Counted from the first letter of the stretch, positions 1-9,351 are shown. The stretch: 64,000 bases of DNA from an uncultured Burkholderiaceae bacterium (GCA_965284315.1 OZ260072.1:1869243-1933242), one strand, 5' to 3'. Numbers and translations are program-made. Notes: generated by a model from the letters alone, not told the origin.

Positions 1-1
1 A

Positions 2-244
2 TCGCCCCAGGGCTGGCCCGACCGGACCGAAGACTGGCTGGCGCCCGACGCGTTGTGGAAACGCACCGAATGGGCCGCCACCTTCGCCCAACAGCACGAC
101 CAATTGGCCGATGCCCGGCAGCTGGCGACCTTGAGCCTTGGGCCAGACCTCGGGGCCGAAACCCAGCGCCAGATCGAGCGTGCCGACAGCGGTGCCCAGG
201 CCCAGGCCCTGTGGCTGGCCAGTCCAGAATTCCAGCGGAGGTAA
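2..244 (+). CDS. DUF1800 family protein, C-terminal fragment (5' end outside window)
   Basis: Frame is open from the window edge. The tail ...LWLASPEFQRR is typical of DUF1800 proteins, and the usual DUF1501 partner gene follows after 3 bp. Confidence 0.6.
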   Translation, partial: SPQGWPDRTEDWLAPDALWKRTEWAATFAQQHDQLADARQLATLSLGPDLGAETQRQIERADSGAQAQALWLASPEFQRR

Positions 245-247
245 GCC

Positions 248-1423
248 ATGCCCACGACCCTTTCACGCCGCGCCTGGCTGACCCGTGTTGCCGTGGGCAG
301 CGGCGCCGGTCTGGCATTGCAGTGGCCTGGCAGCCGGCTCGCCTTGGCCGCCACCCGCCCGGCCACCGATGACCGCCGCCTGGTGGTGGTGCTGTTGCGC
401 GGCGCCCTTGACGGTCTGGCGGCCGTGCCCCCGGTCGGTGATCCCGTCTGGTCTGCCTTGCGGCCACAGGCCGAGGCCGATCAGGTGCGTTGGGGTGCGC
501 CGCTGCCGCTCGATGCGCAATTTGCACTGCACCCCAAACTCGCCACGCTGCACCAGTGGTTTGGCGAGCGCCAGTTGCTCATTGCCCATGCGGTGGCCAG
601 CCCCTACCGCGAGCGCTCGCACTTCGACGCCCAGCAGCTGCTGGAAAGCGGCGGCAGCCGCGCCTTCGAGCTGCACACCGGCTGGCTCGGCCGTGCGATG
701 GAAATGACCCACAGCCAGGGTGTGGCGCTGAGCCCGGCCTTGCCGTTGGCCTTGCGCGGCGCGGCCAGTGCCAGCAGCTGGGCACCGTCGAGCCAGCCCG
801 GTATGGACCCCGACTTGGTCGAGCGCATCGCCCGCCTGTACGCGGGCGACGCCCAGCTCGGCCCAGCCTTCAGCCAGGCGCGAGCGCAGCGCGGCGGCGT
901 GATGGGGGACGCCAACGAAGGCAGCAACTTTGCGGCACTGGCGCGGCAGGCCGGGCGTTTCCTCGCCGCGCCGGGCGGGCCCAGCATCGCCTGGCTCGAC
1001 ACCAGCGGCTGGGACACCCACACCCAGCAGGCGCTGCGGCTGTCGCGCCAGCTCGAAGCGCTGGACCAGGGGCTGGCCGCGTTGCGCGCATCGCTCGGCC
1101 CGCGTTGGGACACCACCACCGTGCTGGTGATGACCGAATTCGGCCGTTCCGCCGCCATGAACGGCAGCGGCGGTACCGACCATGGCACGGCCGGCGTGGC
1201 CTTTCTGGCTGGTGGGCGCGTGGCCGGTGGCCGGGTGCTGACCGACTGGCCTGGCCTGGGCGCACAGCAACTGTACGAAGGGCGTGACCTGCGCCCGACG
1301 ATGGACCTGCGCGCGCTGGTCAAGCCGGTGCTGCAGCAGCAACTGGGCCTCGGCACCGCGCAACTGGACCGCGAGGTGCTACCCGGCGCACCGCGTGGCC
1401 TGACCCAGCTCTGGCGCGCCTGA
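248..1423 (+). CDS. DUF1501 domain-containing protein (Tat-exported, sulfatase-like fold)
   Basis: Twin-arginine signal SRRAWLTRVAVGSGAGLAL. TEFGR...NGSGGTDHG motif. Classic DUF1800-DUF1501 pairing. Confidence 0.85.
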   Translation: MPTTLSRRAWLTRVAVGSGAGLALQWPGSRLALAATRPATDDRRLVVVLLRGALDGLAAVPPVGDPVWSALRPQAEADQVRWGAPLPLDAQFALHPKLATLHQWFGERQLLIAHAVASPYRERSHFDAQQLLESGGSRAFELHTGWLGRAMEMTHSQGVALSPALPLALRGAASASSWAPSSQPGMDPDLVERIARLYAGDAQLGPAFSQARAQRGGVMGDANEGSNFAALARQAGRFLAAPGGPSIAWLDTSGWDTHTQQALRLSRQLEALDQGLAALRASLGPRWDTTTVLVMTEFGRSAAMNGSGGTDHGTAGVAFLAGGRVAGGRVLTDWPGLGAQQLYEGRDLRPTMDLRALVKPVLQQQLGLGTAQLDREVLPGAPRGLTQLWRA

Positions 1424-1447
1424 GCACCCGCACAAGGACACCGCTTC

Positions 1448-1888
1448 ATGCACCTGCCCCTGTCCATCCCTTTGGCGCTGGCCCTGCTGTGTGCCAGCGC
1501 TGGCGGTCAAGCCACGCCGGTGGACGTGCCCGACCTCAAAGCCTGGGCGCGGCTGAGCCCGGCCGAGCAGGCCAGCCGGCGCGCCGAGATCCAGCAACAG
1601 CTCCAGGCCGCCACGCCGCAGGAGCGCCTCGACTTTCGCCGCCAGTTGCGTGCACGCATCGAAGGCCTGTCGCCCGACGACCGCCAGGCGCTGGCAGGCC
1701 AGACCCGTGACCGCTGGCAACAGCTGCCACCCGAGGAGCGCGAGCGCCTGGCCGCCGAACGCCGGGCGCGGCTGCAGGCCATGACCCCCCAGGAGCGCCG
1801 GCAACTGCTGCAGCAGCGGCGCGAGATGCTGGACAAACTCACGCCCGAAGAACGCGCCGCGCTGCGCGAAAAGCTGCCCGAGCGCTGA
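1448..1888 (+). CDS. DUF3106-like secreted repeat protein
   Basis: Signal peptide, then repeated short LxP(E/Q)ER(x)xL motifs rich in R/Q/E. Adjacent to an ECF sigma gene, as DUF3106 proteins usually are. Confidence 0.7.
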   Translation: MHLPLSIPLALALLCASAGGQATPVDVPDLKAWARLSPAEQASRRAEIQQQLQAATPQERLDFRRQLRARIEGLSPDDRQALAGQTRDRWQQLPPEERERLAAERRARLQAMTPQERRQLLQQRREMLDKLTPEERAALREKLPER

Positions 1889-1918
1889 CAATGCGGCTGT
1901 GAACCAGGCAACTTCAGA

Positions 1919-2545
1919 ATGGACACGGTGAGCCGACTCCACCAGTGGTTGGGCGCAGCCGCCAGCGGCCTGGCCATTGCCAGCCGTGCGCCGAGTGACG
2001 ACTGGGCCTTGCTGCGCCAGGCCTGCACCGGCCACCAGCCCAGTGCCCAGAAACTGGTCAAGGCCCTGACGCCGCAGGCCTACGGCCTCGCCATCCGCAT
2101 GGTGGGCCGCCGCGAAGACGCCGAAGACGCGGTGCAGGACGCCTTCATTCGCCTCTGGCGCAGCGCGCCCGACAGCACACGCGGCGCGACGCTGTCGACC
2201 TACTTCAACACCCTCGTGCTCAACCGCTGCCGCAGCCTGCTGGGCCGCCGACGCGAGCAGGGCATGGCGCAAGACACGCTGACTGAACTGCAGGACGCGC
2301 AGCAGGCCCCGGACGAACCCCACACGCTGGCGGCACTGAGCCCGCACGCCAGCCAATCGCGTTTACTGCAGGCGCTGGACAGGCTGCCCGCCCGCCAGCG
2401 CATGGCACTCGCCATGTGGGCCTATGCCGACGCCTCGGTGGCCGACATTGCACACACGCTGGCCATCGACGCCAACGCCGCGCACCAGCTGCTGCACCGC
2501 GCCAAAGGGGCCCTGCGCGCCTGCCTCGAAGGAAACACCCGATGA
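1919..2545 (+). CDS. ECF-type RNA polymerase sigma-70 family factor
   Basis: Region 2 (DAVQDAFIRLWRS) and region 4 HTH (RQRMALAMWAY...SVADIAHTLAIDANAAHQLLHRAKGAL). Confidence 0.85.
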   Translation: MDTVSRLHQWLGAAASGLAIASRAPSDDWALLRQACTGHQPSAQKLVKALTPQAYGLAIRMVGRREDAEDAVQDAFIRLWRSAPDSTRGATLSTYFNTLVLNRCRSLLGRRREQGMAQDTLTELQDAQQAPDEPHTLAALSPHASQSRLLQALDRLPARQRMALAMWAYADASVADIAHTLAIDANAAHQLLHRAKGALRACLEGNTR

Positions 2546-2856
2546 AGACGAACCCGCCTCTTGGCGACGACGCGGCCCTCCAGCAGGCCCTCAAGGCCTT
2601 GCCCGAGCCCATGGACACACAGGCCTTGCAGCAACGGGTGCTGGCCAGCTGGCAGGCGCAACACCCAACGGCCCCCGCGCTTCCTTGGGGCGGCGTGCTG
2701 GCGCTCGGTGCGCCCAGGCGCTGGCTGCTGGGCAGTGCCACATTGGCGCTGGGCTTGGGTCTGGCCGTGGGCCTCTGGTTGCAGCGGCCCGACCCGGTGC
2801 TGCAGGAGCTGCTGCAGCTTGACGTGCTGTCGCAAATGGCCGCTGGCGAGATGTAG
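2542..2856 (+). CDS. putative membrane anti-sigma factor (small single-pass protein)
   Basis: ATG at 2542 overlaps the sigma stop (ATGA). One hydrophobic helix, WLLGSATLALGLGLAVGLWL. The longer track ORF from 2416 overlaps the sigma gene and is unlikely. Confidence 0.5.
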   Translation: MKTNPPLGDDAALQQALKALPEPMDTQALQQRVLASWQAQHPTAPALPWGGVLALGAPRRWLLGSATLALGLGLAVGLWLQRPDPVLQELLQLDVLSQMAAGEM

Positions 2857-2863
2857 CGCGGCC

Positions 2864-3238
2864 ATGGCTTCCAGCCCATCGGCCAACCACGACTTTGCAC
2901 AGTACTGCTGCGAACTGCTCGCGCCCATCGGGCCGTGCAGCGCGCGGCGCATGTTTGGCGGTTTTGGCATTGCCACCCGCGGCCTGACGGTGGCGTTGAT
3001 CGCCGACCTGGGCGAGGGCGAACGGCTTTGGCTCAAGGCCAACGACGCGAGCCGCAGCCACTTTGAGGCGGCAGGCTGCACCCGCTTCATCTACCTGGCC
3101 AAAGGCGTTGCCAAAAGCATGAACTACTACAGCGCGCCCGACGAAGCCATGGACTCCCCCCACGCGATGGCGCCGTGGGCGGAACGGGCGCTGGCAGCGG
3201 CGCTGCAGGCGCGTGCACCGAAGAAAAAGCGTCAATAG
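2864..3238 (+). CDS. TfoX/Sxy N-terminal domain family protein
   Basis: RRMFGGFGIATRGLTVALIAD...LWLKAN pattern typical of the TfoX N-terminal domain. Internal ATG at 2864 chosen; the upstream part of the track ORF overlaps the previous gene. Confidence 0.65.
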   Translation: MASSPSANHDFAQYCCELLAPIGPCSARRMFGGFGIATRGLTVALIADLGEGERLWLKANDASRSHFEAAGCTRFIYLAKGVAKSMNYYSAPDEAMDSPHAMAPWAERALAAALQARAPKKKRQ

Positions 3239-3346
3239 CGCGCGACGACAGAAGCCATGTTTCGCCGCTGGGCCGCCCCAAGGCGAAACGCGGCCCCCTC
3301 AGGGGCAGGCCGCTACACGCAGTGAGCGTGCCGTGGGGGCCACACA

Positions 3347-3988
3347 CTACACCGGCCAGACCACCCCGTTGTCGTTCAGGATCGCGTCCAGCGGCATGTC
3401 GTGCGGCTCGGGTTCCATGTCGGGCAGAAAGCCGTGGGTGAAGCCCAGGCCCACGGTGAAGGGGCGGGGTTGCAGCGTGGCCAGCGTGCGGTCGTAAAAG
3501 CCGCCGCCATAACCCAGCCGGTGGCCGCCGGCGCCGTAACCCACGCAGGGCACAAACAGCAGCGTGGGCACCACCACCTCGGTGTCTTTGGGTTTGGGGA
3601 TGCTGTAGGCGTCTTCTTCCATCGGACAACCGGGGTACCAGGCGTGGAAGACCAGGGTCTTGTGTTGTTTGTTGACCACCGGCAGGCCGATTTTCAGGGG
3701 TGAGCGGCTGGCCATGGACTCGCCCGCCAGCTGTTCGGTCGGGCTGGCGACTTCGGCCGCCTCGGCGGCTGTGAAGTCCACACCGAGCGCAGCGTCTTCC
3801 TGCCAACGGTAGAGTGCAGGCAGGGGGTCGAACTCGCCCTTGATCGGCCAGTAGGCGCCAATCACCGTGTCGGGCCGGCCCACCAGCCAGATGCGCAGCA
3901 CCTGCTGCAACAGCGCCGACCGTTCAAGCCGGTCCGGCATGTTCAAACGTTGTTCTATCAACTGCTTGCGAATGGCTGCTTTGTCCAT
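3347..3988 (-). CDS. 5-formyltetrahydrofolate cyclo-ligase
   Basis: N-terminal K..IR..L...R pattern and C-terminal GYGGGFYDRTL motif of MTHFS/YgfA. Confidence 0.8.
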   Translation of the reverse strand: MDKAAIRKQLIEQRLNMPDRLERSALLQQVLRIWLVGRPDTVIGAYWPIKGEFDPLPALYRWQEDAALGVDFTAAEAAEVASPTEQLAGESMASRSPLKIGLPVVNKQHKTLVFHAWYPGCPMEEDAYSIPKPKDTEVVVPTLLFVPCVGYGAGGHRLGYGGGFYDRTLATLQPRPFTVGLGFTHGFLPDMEPEPHDMPLDAILNDNGVVWPV

Positions 3989-3997
3989 AATCTACCC

Positions 3998-6094
3998 ATG
4001 ATGCTGAAATTGATTGTGACATTCCTCGCTGCGGCGTCCTTCTCGGCAGGGGCGCAGTCGCCAGGGGGTCCGGTCAAAGGCGACGAGGTGCTGCTGGAGA
4101 TGGGGCTGGCCTTCAAGGCCGCCGACACCGCCAAACTCACCCGCCTGCTGCCGCAGGCCAAAGGCCACCCGCTGGAAATCTGGGCGGCTTATTGGGAACT
4201 CAAGGCCCGGCTGGTCAACGCCAGCGAGCGCGAGGTGCAGGACTTCATGGCCCGCTACGCCGGCACCTACCTGGAAGACCGGATGCGCAACGACTGGCTG
4301 CTGCTGCTGGGCCAGCGGCGCCAGTGGAGCGCGCTGGCCGCCGAAGCGCCCAACTTCCGCATGAACGACGACCGCGAGGTGCGCTGCTATGTGCTGCTGG
4401 TCGAGCACCTGCGCAAAGGCCCGTCGGCGCCCGCCACGCTGGGCGACGAGGTGCAGCGCAACTGGATGCTGCAGCGCGAGGGCGACGACGGTTGCCTGCA
4501 CGCCGCCAGCGAGCTGCTGGACGCGAAAAAAATCACCCCGATCGACGTCTGGCGCAAGGCCCGCCTGTCGATGGAGCAAAACCGTGTGCGCGCCGCCCGC
4601 AACGCGGTGGAAATTGTGGCACCCGAGGTGCTGCCGCAGGTGACCGAGATCGCCGCCAACCCGGTCAAGTTTCTGGCCAGCCGCGCCACCGCCGCCGGCC
4701 AGGTGCGCAAGGAACTGGTGCTGCTGGCGCTGATCAAGGTCGCCACCAGCGACGCCGAGGCGGCCGCCAACCTCATGGAGAGCAAATGGGGCCCGCTGTT
4801 GACGGCCGAGGAGCGCAACTGGGGCTGGGGCGTGATTGGCAAGCAGGCCGCCAACCGGCTCAGCCCGACGGCGCTGGCGCACTATGCCAACGTCAGCAAA
4901 CTCAGTGACCTGCCCGACGACATGCTGGCCTGGCAGGCCCGCGCGGCGTTGCGCGCTGGCAGCACGCCCAAGTGGCCGGTGGTGCTGGCCGCCATCAACG
5001 CGATGGACGACGACAGCCGCAACGACCCGACCTGGATTTACTGGAAGGCCCGTGCCCTGCAGGCGCTGACGCCGCCGTCCAAACGCGTGGCCGCTGCGGC
5101 GCCGGTGGCCGAAGCCGCCAGCGCCACCGCATCGGGCGCGCCGGTGGAGGCCGCAGTGCCGCCTGCGAAACCCGAGTACCTGGTGCTGTTCGAGCGGATT
5201 GCCGGCGTGCGCGGCTTCTACGAGCAATTGGCGCTGGACGAACTGGGCCGCAAGGTCGGCGTGCCGGTCAAGCCCGCGCCGCCAACGGCCGAAGAGCGCG
5301 CCGCCGCGCTCAAGAACCCCGGCCTGCAGCGCGCGCTGTACGCGATTGGCATCGGCCTGCGCAGCGAAGGCGTGCGCGAGTGGAACTACCACACCAATTT
5401 CGTCAACTCCAAGAACCAGCTGGGCGCGATGAACGAGCGCGAGCTGCTGGCCGCGGCCCAGCTCGCCTGCGAGCGCCAGGTCTGGGACCGCTGCATCAAC
5501 ACCAGCGAACGCACCAAAAATGAGTTTGACGCGGACCAGCGCTACCCCATGCCCTACCGCGACGCGGTGGTCAAACGGGCGAAAGAAATCAACCTCGACC
5601 CGGCCTACGTGTATGGCCTGATCCGGCAGGAAAGCCGCTTCATCACCGACGCGCGTTCTGGCGTGGGCGCCTCGGGTCTGATGCAGGTCATGCCCGCCAC
5701 CGCCCGCTGGACGGCCAAGAAGATTGGCCTGACCGACTTCACCGCCGACCAGATCACCCACCGCGACACCAACATCGCCATCGGCACCGGCTACCTCAAG
5801 CTGGTGCTGGACGACTTTGCCGGCTCCCTGCCGCTGGCCGCCGCCGCCTACAACGCCGGCCCCGGCCGCCCGCGCAACTGGCGTGGCCAGACTGGCGAAC
5901 CGGTCTACGAGGCCGCCATCTGGGCCGAGAACGTGCCTTTCTTCGAGACCCGTGACTACGTCAAGAAAGTGCTGGCCAACACCACGCTGTACGCCGCCAT
6001 CCTGAGCGGCCAGCCGCAGTCCATCAAAAGCCGGCTCGGCACGGTGGGCCCCCGCGACACCAGCCAGCCCGAGGTCAACCGCGACCTGCCGTGA
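3998..6094 (+). CDS. slt: soluble lytic murein transglycosylase (Slt70-like)
   Basis: Signal peptide MMLKLIVTFLAAASFSAGAQS, superhelical N-terminal region, and C-terminal SLT domain (IRQESRF, GLMQVMP, AAYNAGPGR). Confidence 0.9.
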   Translation: MMLKLIVTFLAAASFSAGAQSPGGPVKGDEVLLEMGLAFKAADTAKLTRLLPQAKGHPLEIWAAYWELKARLVNASEREVQDFMARYAGTYLEDRMRNDWLLLLGQRRQWSALAAEAPNFRMNDDREVRCYVLLVEHLRKGPSAPATLGDEVQRNWMLQREGDDGCLHAASELLDAKKITPIDVWRKARLSMEQNRVRAARNAVEIVAPEVLPQVTEIAANPVKFLASRATAAGQVRKELVLLALIKVATSDAEAAANLMESKWGPLLTAEERNWGWGVIGKQAANRLSPTALAHYANVSKLSDLPDDMLAWQARAALRAGSTPKWPVVLAAINAMDDDSRNDPTWIYWKARALQALTPPSKRVAAAAPVAEAASATASGAPVEAAVPPAKPEYLVLFERIAGVRGFYEQLALDELGRKVGVPVKPAPPTAEERAAALKNPGLQRALYAIGIGLRSEGVREWNYHTNFVNSKNQLGAMNERELLAAAQLACERQVWDRCINTSERTKNEFDADQRYPMPYRDAVVKRAKEINLDPAYVYGLIRQESRFITDARSGVGASGLMQVMPATARWTAKKIGLTDFTADQITHRDTNIAIGTGYLKLVLDDFAGSLPLAAAAYNAGPGRPRNWRGQTGEPVYEAAIWAENVPFFETRDYVKKVLANTTLYAAILSGQPQSIKSRLGTVGPRDTSQPEVNRDLP

Positions 6095-6111
6095 CGCGGT
6101 GGCAGGCGATG

Positions 6112-6180
6112 TTTGCTATTGAATTTGTAGCTGTATCGCAAGGTTTTACTAAGGCTTGAAGCCAAGATGGCTTTAAATTG
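6112..6180 (+). repeat. dispersed low-GC repeat element, copy A (intergenic, after slt)
   Basis: tttgctattgaatttgtagctgtatcgcaaggttttactaaggcttgaagccaagatggctttaaattg. It aligns along its length with the copies at 8171, 17975, 21790, 44564, 54191 and 62104. Confidence 0.8.
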
Positions 6181-6225
6181 AACGCGGTTGGGGCTGGGAG
6201 GCCGCTTCAGCGCAAAATCGGGGCT

Positions 6226-7182
6226 ATGAAAAACATCCTTCTCCTCGGTGGCACCGGTTTTGTTGGCAGCCACGTGGCCGAGAAACTCGCCCGTTTGCAG
6301 TGGCGCGTGACCGTGCCCACCCGCCGGCGCGTCAACGCCCGGCACCTGCAAACCCTGCCGCTGCTGGAGGTGGTGGAGGCCGACGTGCACAGCGAAGTGG
6401 TGTTGACCGAACTCGTCAAAGCCCACGACGCGGTGGTCAACCTGGTGGCCATCCTGCACGGCAACGAACAGGCCTTCCAGAAGGCGCATGTGGCATTGCC
6501 CATGCAGCTGGCCCGCGCCTGCAGCGCAGCCGGTGTGTCGCGCGTGGTGCACATCAGCGCGCTCGGGGCCGATGCCGCAGCGCCGTCGGTGTACCAGCGC
6601 AGCAAAGCCGCCGGTGAGCAGGCCCTGCAATCGGCCGGACTGCGGTTGAGCGTGCTGCGCCCCAGCGTGATTTTTGGCGCCGAAGACAAGTTCTTGAACC
6701 TGTTTGCGCGGCTGCAACAGGTGTTCCCGGTCATGCCACTGGCCGGCGGTGCCACCCGCTTCCAGCCGGTGTGGGTGGAAGACGTGGCCGACGCGGTGCT
6801 GCGTTGCCTGCAGGACGACAGCACCATCGGCCACACCTACGAGGCCTGTGGCCCCCACGTCTTCACGTTGAAAGAGCTGGTGCAACTGGCCGGTCGCCTG
6901 GGCGGCGCCAACAACGGCCAGGGCCGCCCGGTGCTGCCACTGCCGCTGTGGGCCGGCCAACTGCAGGCGCTGCTGATGGAGCTCGCCCCCGGCGAGCCGC
7001 TGATGAGCCGCGACAACCTCGCCAGCCTGCAGGTGGACAACGTCGCCAGCGGCCGGTTGCCGGGGCTGGCAGCGTTGGGCCTCACGCCCGAGCCCTTGAG
7101 CGCGGTGGCGCCCAGCTACCTGGGCCGGCGCGGCCTGCGCACCGGCCTGCTGGCCATGCGCAAAACCGCTGGGCGCTTCTGA
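6226..7182 (+). CDS. NAD(P)H-binding NDUFA9/NmrA-like epimerase-dehydratase family protein
   Basis: MKNILLLGGTGFVGSHV Rossmann motif and YxxSK (YQRSK). Internal ATG at 6226 chosen. Confidence 0.8.
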   Translation: MKNILLLGGTGFVGSHVAEKLARLQWRVTVPTRRRVNARHLQTLPLLEVVEADVHSEVVLTELVKAHDAVVNLVAILHGNEQAFQKAHVALPMQLARACSAAGVSRVVHISALGADAAAPSVYQRSKAAGEQALQSAGLRLSVLRPSVIFGAEDKFLNLFARLQQVFPVMPLAGGATRFQPVWVEDVADAVLRCLQDDSTIGHTYEACGPHVFTLKELVQLAGRLGGANNGQGRPVLPLPLWAGQLQALLMELAPGEPLMSRDNLASLQVDNVASGRLPGLAALGLTPEPLSAVAPSYLGRRGLRTGLLAMRKTAGRF

Positions 7183-7192
7183 TCGGCACGCC

Positions 7193-7882
7193 ATGCTGAC
7201 GCTCTACATCGGCAACAAGAACTACTCGTCGTGGTCCATGCGGCCCTGGGTGCTGTTGAAGCAGGCGGGCATCCCGTTCCAGGAAACCAAGGTCCGGTTT
7301 GACTCGTTCGAGCCTGGCTCTGCGTTCAAGGAAGCGCTGGGCCGCATCAGCCCGGTGGGCAAGGTGCCGGTGTTGGTGGACGGCGACCTGGTGGTGTGGG
7401 ACACGCTGGCCATTGCCGAGTACCTGGCCGAGACAGTCCCCGACAAGCAGCTGTGGCCGGCAGACGCCGCAGCCCGCGCACGGGCCCGCAGCGTCTGCGC
7501 CGAAATGCACGCCGGCTTTGGCGCGCTGCGCCACCACTGCCCGATGAACATCGAGGCCCACCTGCCCGAGGTGGGCGCGCGCCTCTGGCGCGAACAACCC
7601 GCGCTGCAGGCCGACGTGCAGCGCCTGGTGGCCATGTGGCAAGGCCTGCTGGCGCAACATGGCGGGCCGTTGCTGTTTGGCCGCTTCAGCGTGGCCGACG
7701 CCTTTTTTGCCCCCGTCTGCAGCCGCATCCAGACCTACGCGCTGCCGGTGCCCGACGACATCCGCGCCTACATTGCCCGGGTGCTGGCGCTGCCCGGCGT
7801 GGCCGCGTGGGTGGCCGACGCGCTGGCCGAGCGCGATTTTCTGGCTTTCGAAGAACCCTACCGCAGCCACCGGCCGGCGTAG
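7193..7882 (+). CDS. glutathione S-transferase family protein
   Basis: N-terminal thioredoxin-like GST domain (LYIGNKNYSSWSMRPWVLL, VPVLVDGDLVVWDTLAIAEYL) plus a C-terminal helical domain. Confidence 0.85.
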   Translation: MLTLYIGNKNYSSWSMRPWVLLKQAGIPFQETKVRFDSFEPGSAFKEALGRISPVGKVPVLVDGDLVVWDTLAIAEYLAETVPDKQLWPADAAARARARSVCAEMHAGFGALRHHCPMNIEAHLPEVGARLWREQPALQADVQRLVAMWQGLLAQHGGPLLFGRFSVADAFFAPVCSRIQTYALPVPDDIRAYIARVLALPGVAAWVADALAERDFLAFEEPYRSHRPA

Positions 7883-7891
7883 GACCCAGCC

Positions 7892-9127
7892 ATGCAGATC
7901 TACAGGGTTGGGGGCGCGGTGCGCGACGCTTTGCTCGGCTTGCCGGTGCACGACGTGGACTGGGTCGTGGTGGGTGCCACCCCCGAAGAACTGGTCGCCG
8001 CCGGTTACCTGCCGGTGGGCAAAGACTTCCCGGTGTTCCTGCACCCCCAAACGCGCGAGGAGTACGCACTCGCCCGCACCGAACGCAAGACCGCGCGCGG
8101 TTACCGCGGCTTCACGGTCAGCGCCGCGCCCGACGTGACGCTGGAACAAGACCTGGCTCGGCGCGACCTCACTATCAATTCCATAGCGCAACCGCAAGAA
8201 AATACACAGGCTGATGGCCTGATAGACCCCTATTCAGGCCAGCAAGACCTGCGTGACCGTGTGTTGCGGCACGTGACCGACGCTTTCCGCGAAGACCCGG
8301 TGCGTATCCTGCGCGTGGCACGCTTCGCGGCGCGTTTTGCCGACTTCACCGTGGCGCCTGAAACCCTGGCGCTGATGCGCGAGATGGTGGCCGACGGCGA
8401 GGTCGATGCGCTGGTGCCCGAACGCGTCTGGCAAGAGCTGTCGCGCGGGCTGATGGCCGCCACGCCCTCGCGCATGTTCGGCGTGCTGCGCGACTGCGGC
8501 GCGCTGACAGTGCTGCTGCCCGAGGTGGACAAACTCTGGGGCGTGCCCCAACGGGCCGACTACCACCCCGAAATCGACACCGGCGTGCACCTGATGATGG
8601 TGCTGGACATGGCCGCGCAACTGGGCGCCCCGCTGACGGTGCGCTACGCCGCGCTGTGCCACGACCTCGGCAAGGGCACCACCCCGGCCGACGTGCTGCC
8701 GCGCCACATCGGCCACGAAGAGCGCAGCGTGAAGCTGCTCAAGGGCGTGAGCGAACGCCTGCGCGTGCCGACCGACTGCCGTGAACTGGCCGAGGTGGTG
8801 GCGCGCGAACACGGCAACATCCACCGCAGCGGGGAGTTTGGTGCCGCTGCACTGGTGCGCCTGTTGGAGCGTTGCGACGCCATCCGCAAACCGCAGCGTT
8901 TTGACGAGGTGCTGCTGGCCTGCGAGTGCGACGCGCGGGGCCGGCTGGGCCTGCACGACAGCCCCTACCCGCAGCGCGCCCGTTTGCGCCAGGCGCTGGA
9001 CGCGGCGCTCGCCGTGCCCACCGCGCAGGTGGCCGAACAGGCGCAGGCGGCCGGGCTCTCAGGCAAAGCGGTGGGGGAGCAGGTGGCGGCCGCACGGGTG
9101 GCGGCGGTGGCGCAGGCGCTGGGCTGA
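7892..9127 (+). CDS. cca: multifunctional CCA-adding enzyme / 2'-nucleotidase / phosphatase
   Basis: [10 protein letters not shown] and DVDWVV nucleotidyltransferase motifs, RRDLTIN, and a C-terminal HD domain (HDLGK). Confidence 0.95.
   Translation: MQIYRVGGAVRDALLGLPVHDVDWVVVGATPEELVAAGYLPVGKDFPVFLHPQTREEYALARTERKTARGYRGFTVSAAPDVTLEQDLARRDLTINSIAQPQENTQADGLIDPYSGQQDLRDRVLRHVTDAFREDPVRILRVARFAARFADFTVAPETLALMREMVADGEVDALVPERVWQELSRGLMAATPSRMFGVLRDCGALTVLLPEVDKLWGVPQRADYHPEIDTGVHLMMVLDMAAQLGAPLTVRYAALCHDLGKGTTPADVLPRHIGHEERSVKLLKGVSERLRVPTDCRELAEVVAREHGNIHRSGEFGAAALVRLLERCDAIRKPQRFDEVLLACECDARGRLGLHDSPYPQRARLRQALDAALAVPTAQVAEQAQAAGLSGKAVGEQVAAARVAAVAQALG
8171..8238 (+). repeat. dispersed repeat element, copy embedded in frame in cca
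   Basis: actatcaattccatagcgcaaccgcaagaaaatacacaggctgatggcctgatagacccctattcagg. Low-GC codons (ata, aat, tca, tat) in an otherwise high-GC gene. Confidence 0.65.
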
Positions 9128-9131
9128 GCGT

Positions 9132-9326
9132 TCAGAGCAGTTTGGCAATGCCGGCGGCGGCCAGACTCAGCAAGATGGTGGTGGTCAGCGGGATGAACCA
9201 GTCGCGCCCGAACAGCCGGAAGCGGAAATCCCCCGGCAGCTTGCCAAACCCCAGCTTGCCCAGCAGCGGCGACAGGCCATTGATCAGCAGCAGCGCAAGG
9301 AAAGTGACGATGAGCCAGCGGATCAT
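9132..9326 (-). CDS. DUF2905 family small membrane protein
   Basis: 64 aa with two hydrophobic helices flanking the GKLPGDFRF motif. Confidence 0.7.
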   Translation of the reverse strand: MIRWLIVTFLALLLINGLSPLLGKLGFGKLPGDFRFRLFGRDWFIPLTTTILLSLAAAGIAKLL

Positions 9327-9351
9327 GCCGCCAGTGTAGGCGCAGACCGGT

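Noticed and set aside
3259-3312. Terminator hairpins between the TfoX-like and MTHFS genes
   Set aside because: Stems exist (GTTTCGCC...GGCGAAAC with a 15-nt loop; GCCCC-CTCA-GGGGC), but they have no T-tract and large or weak loops. Not reported as a feature.
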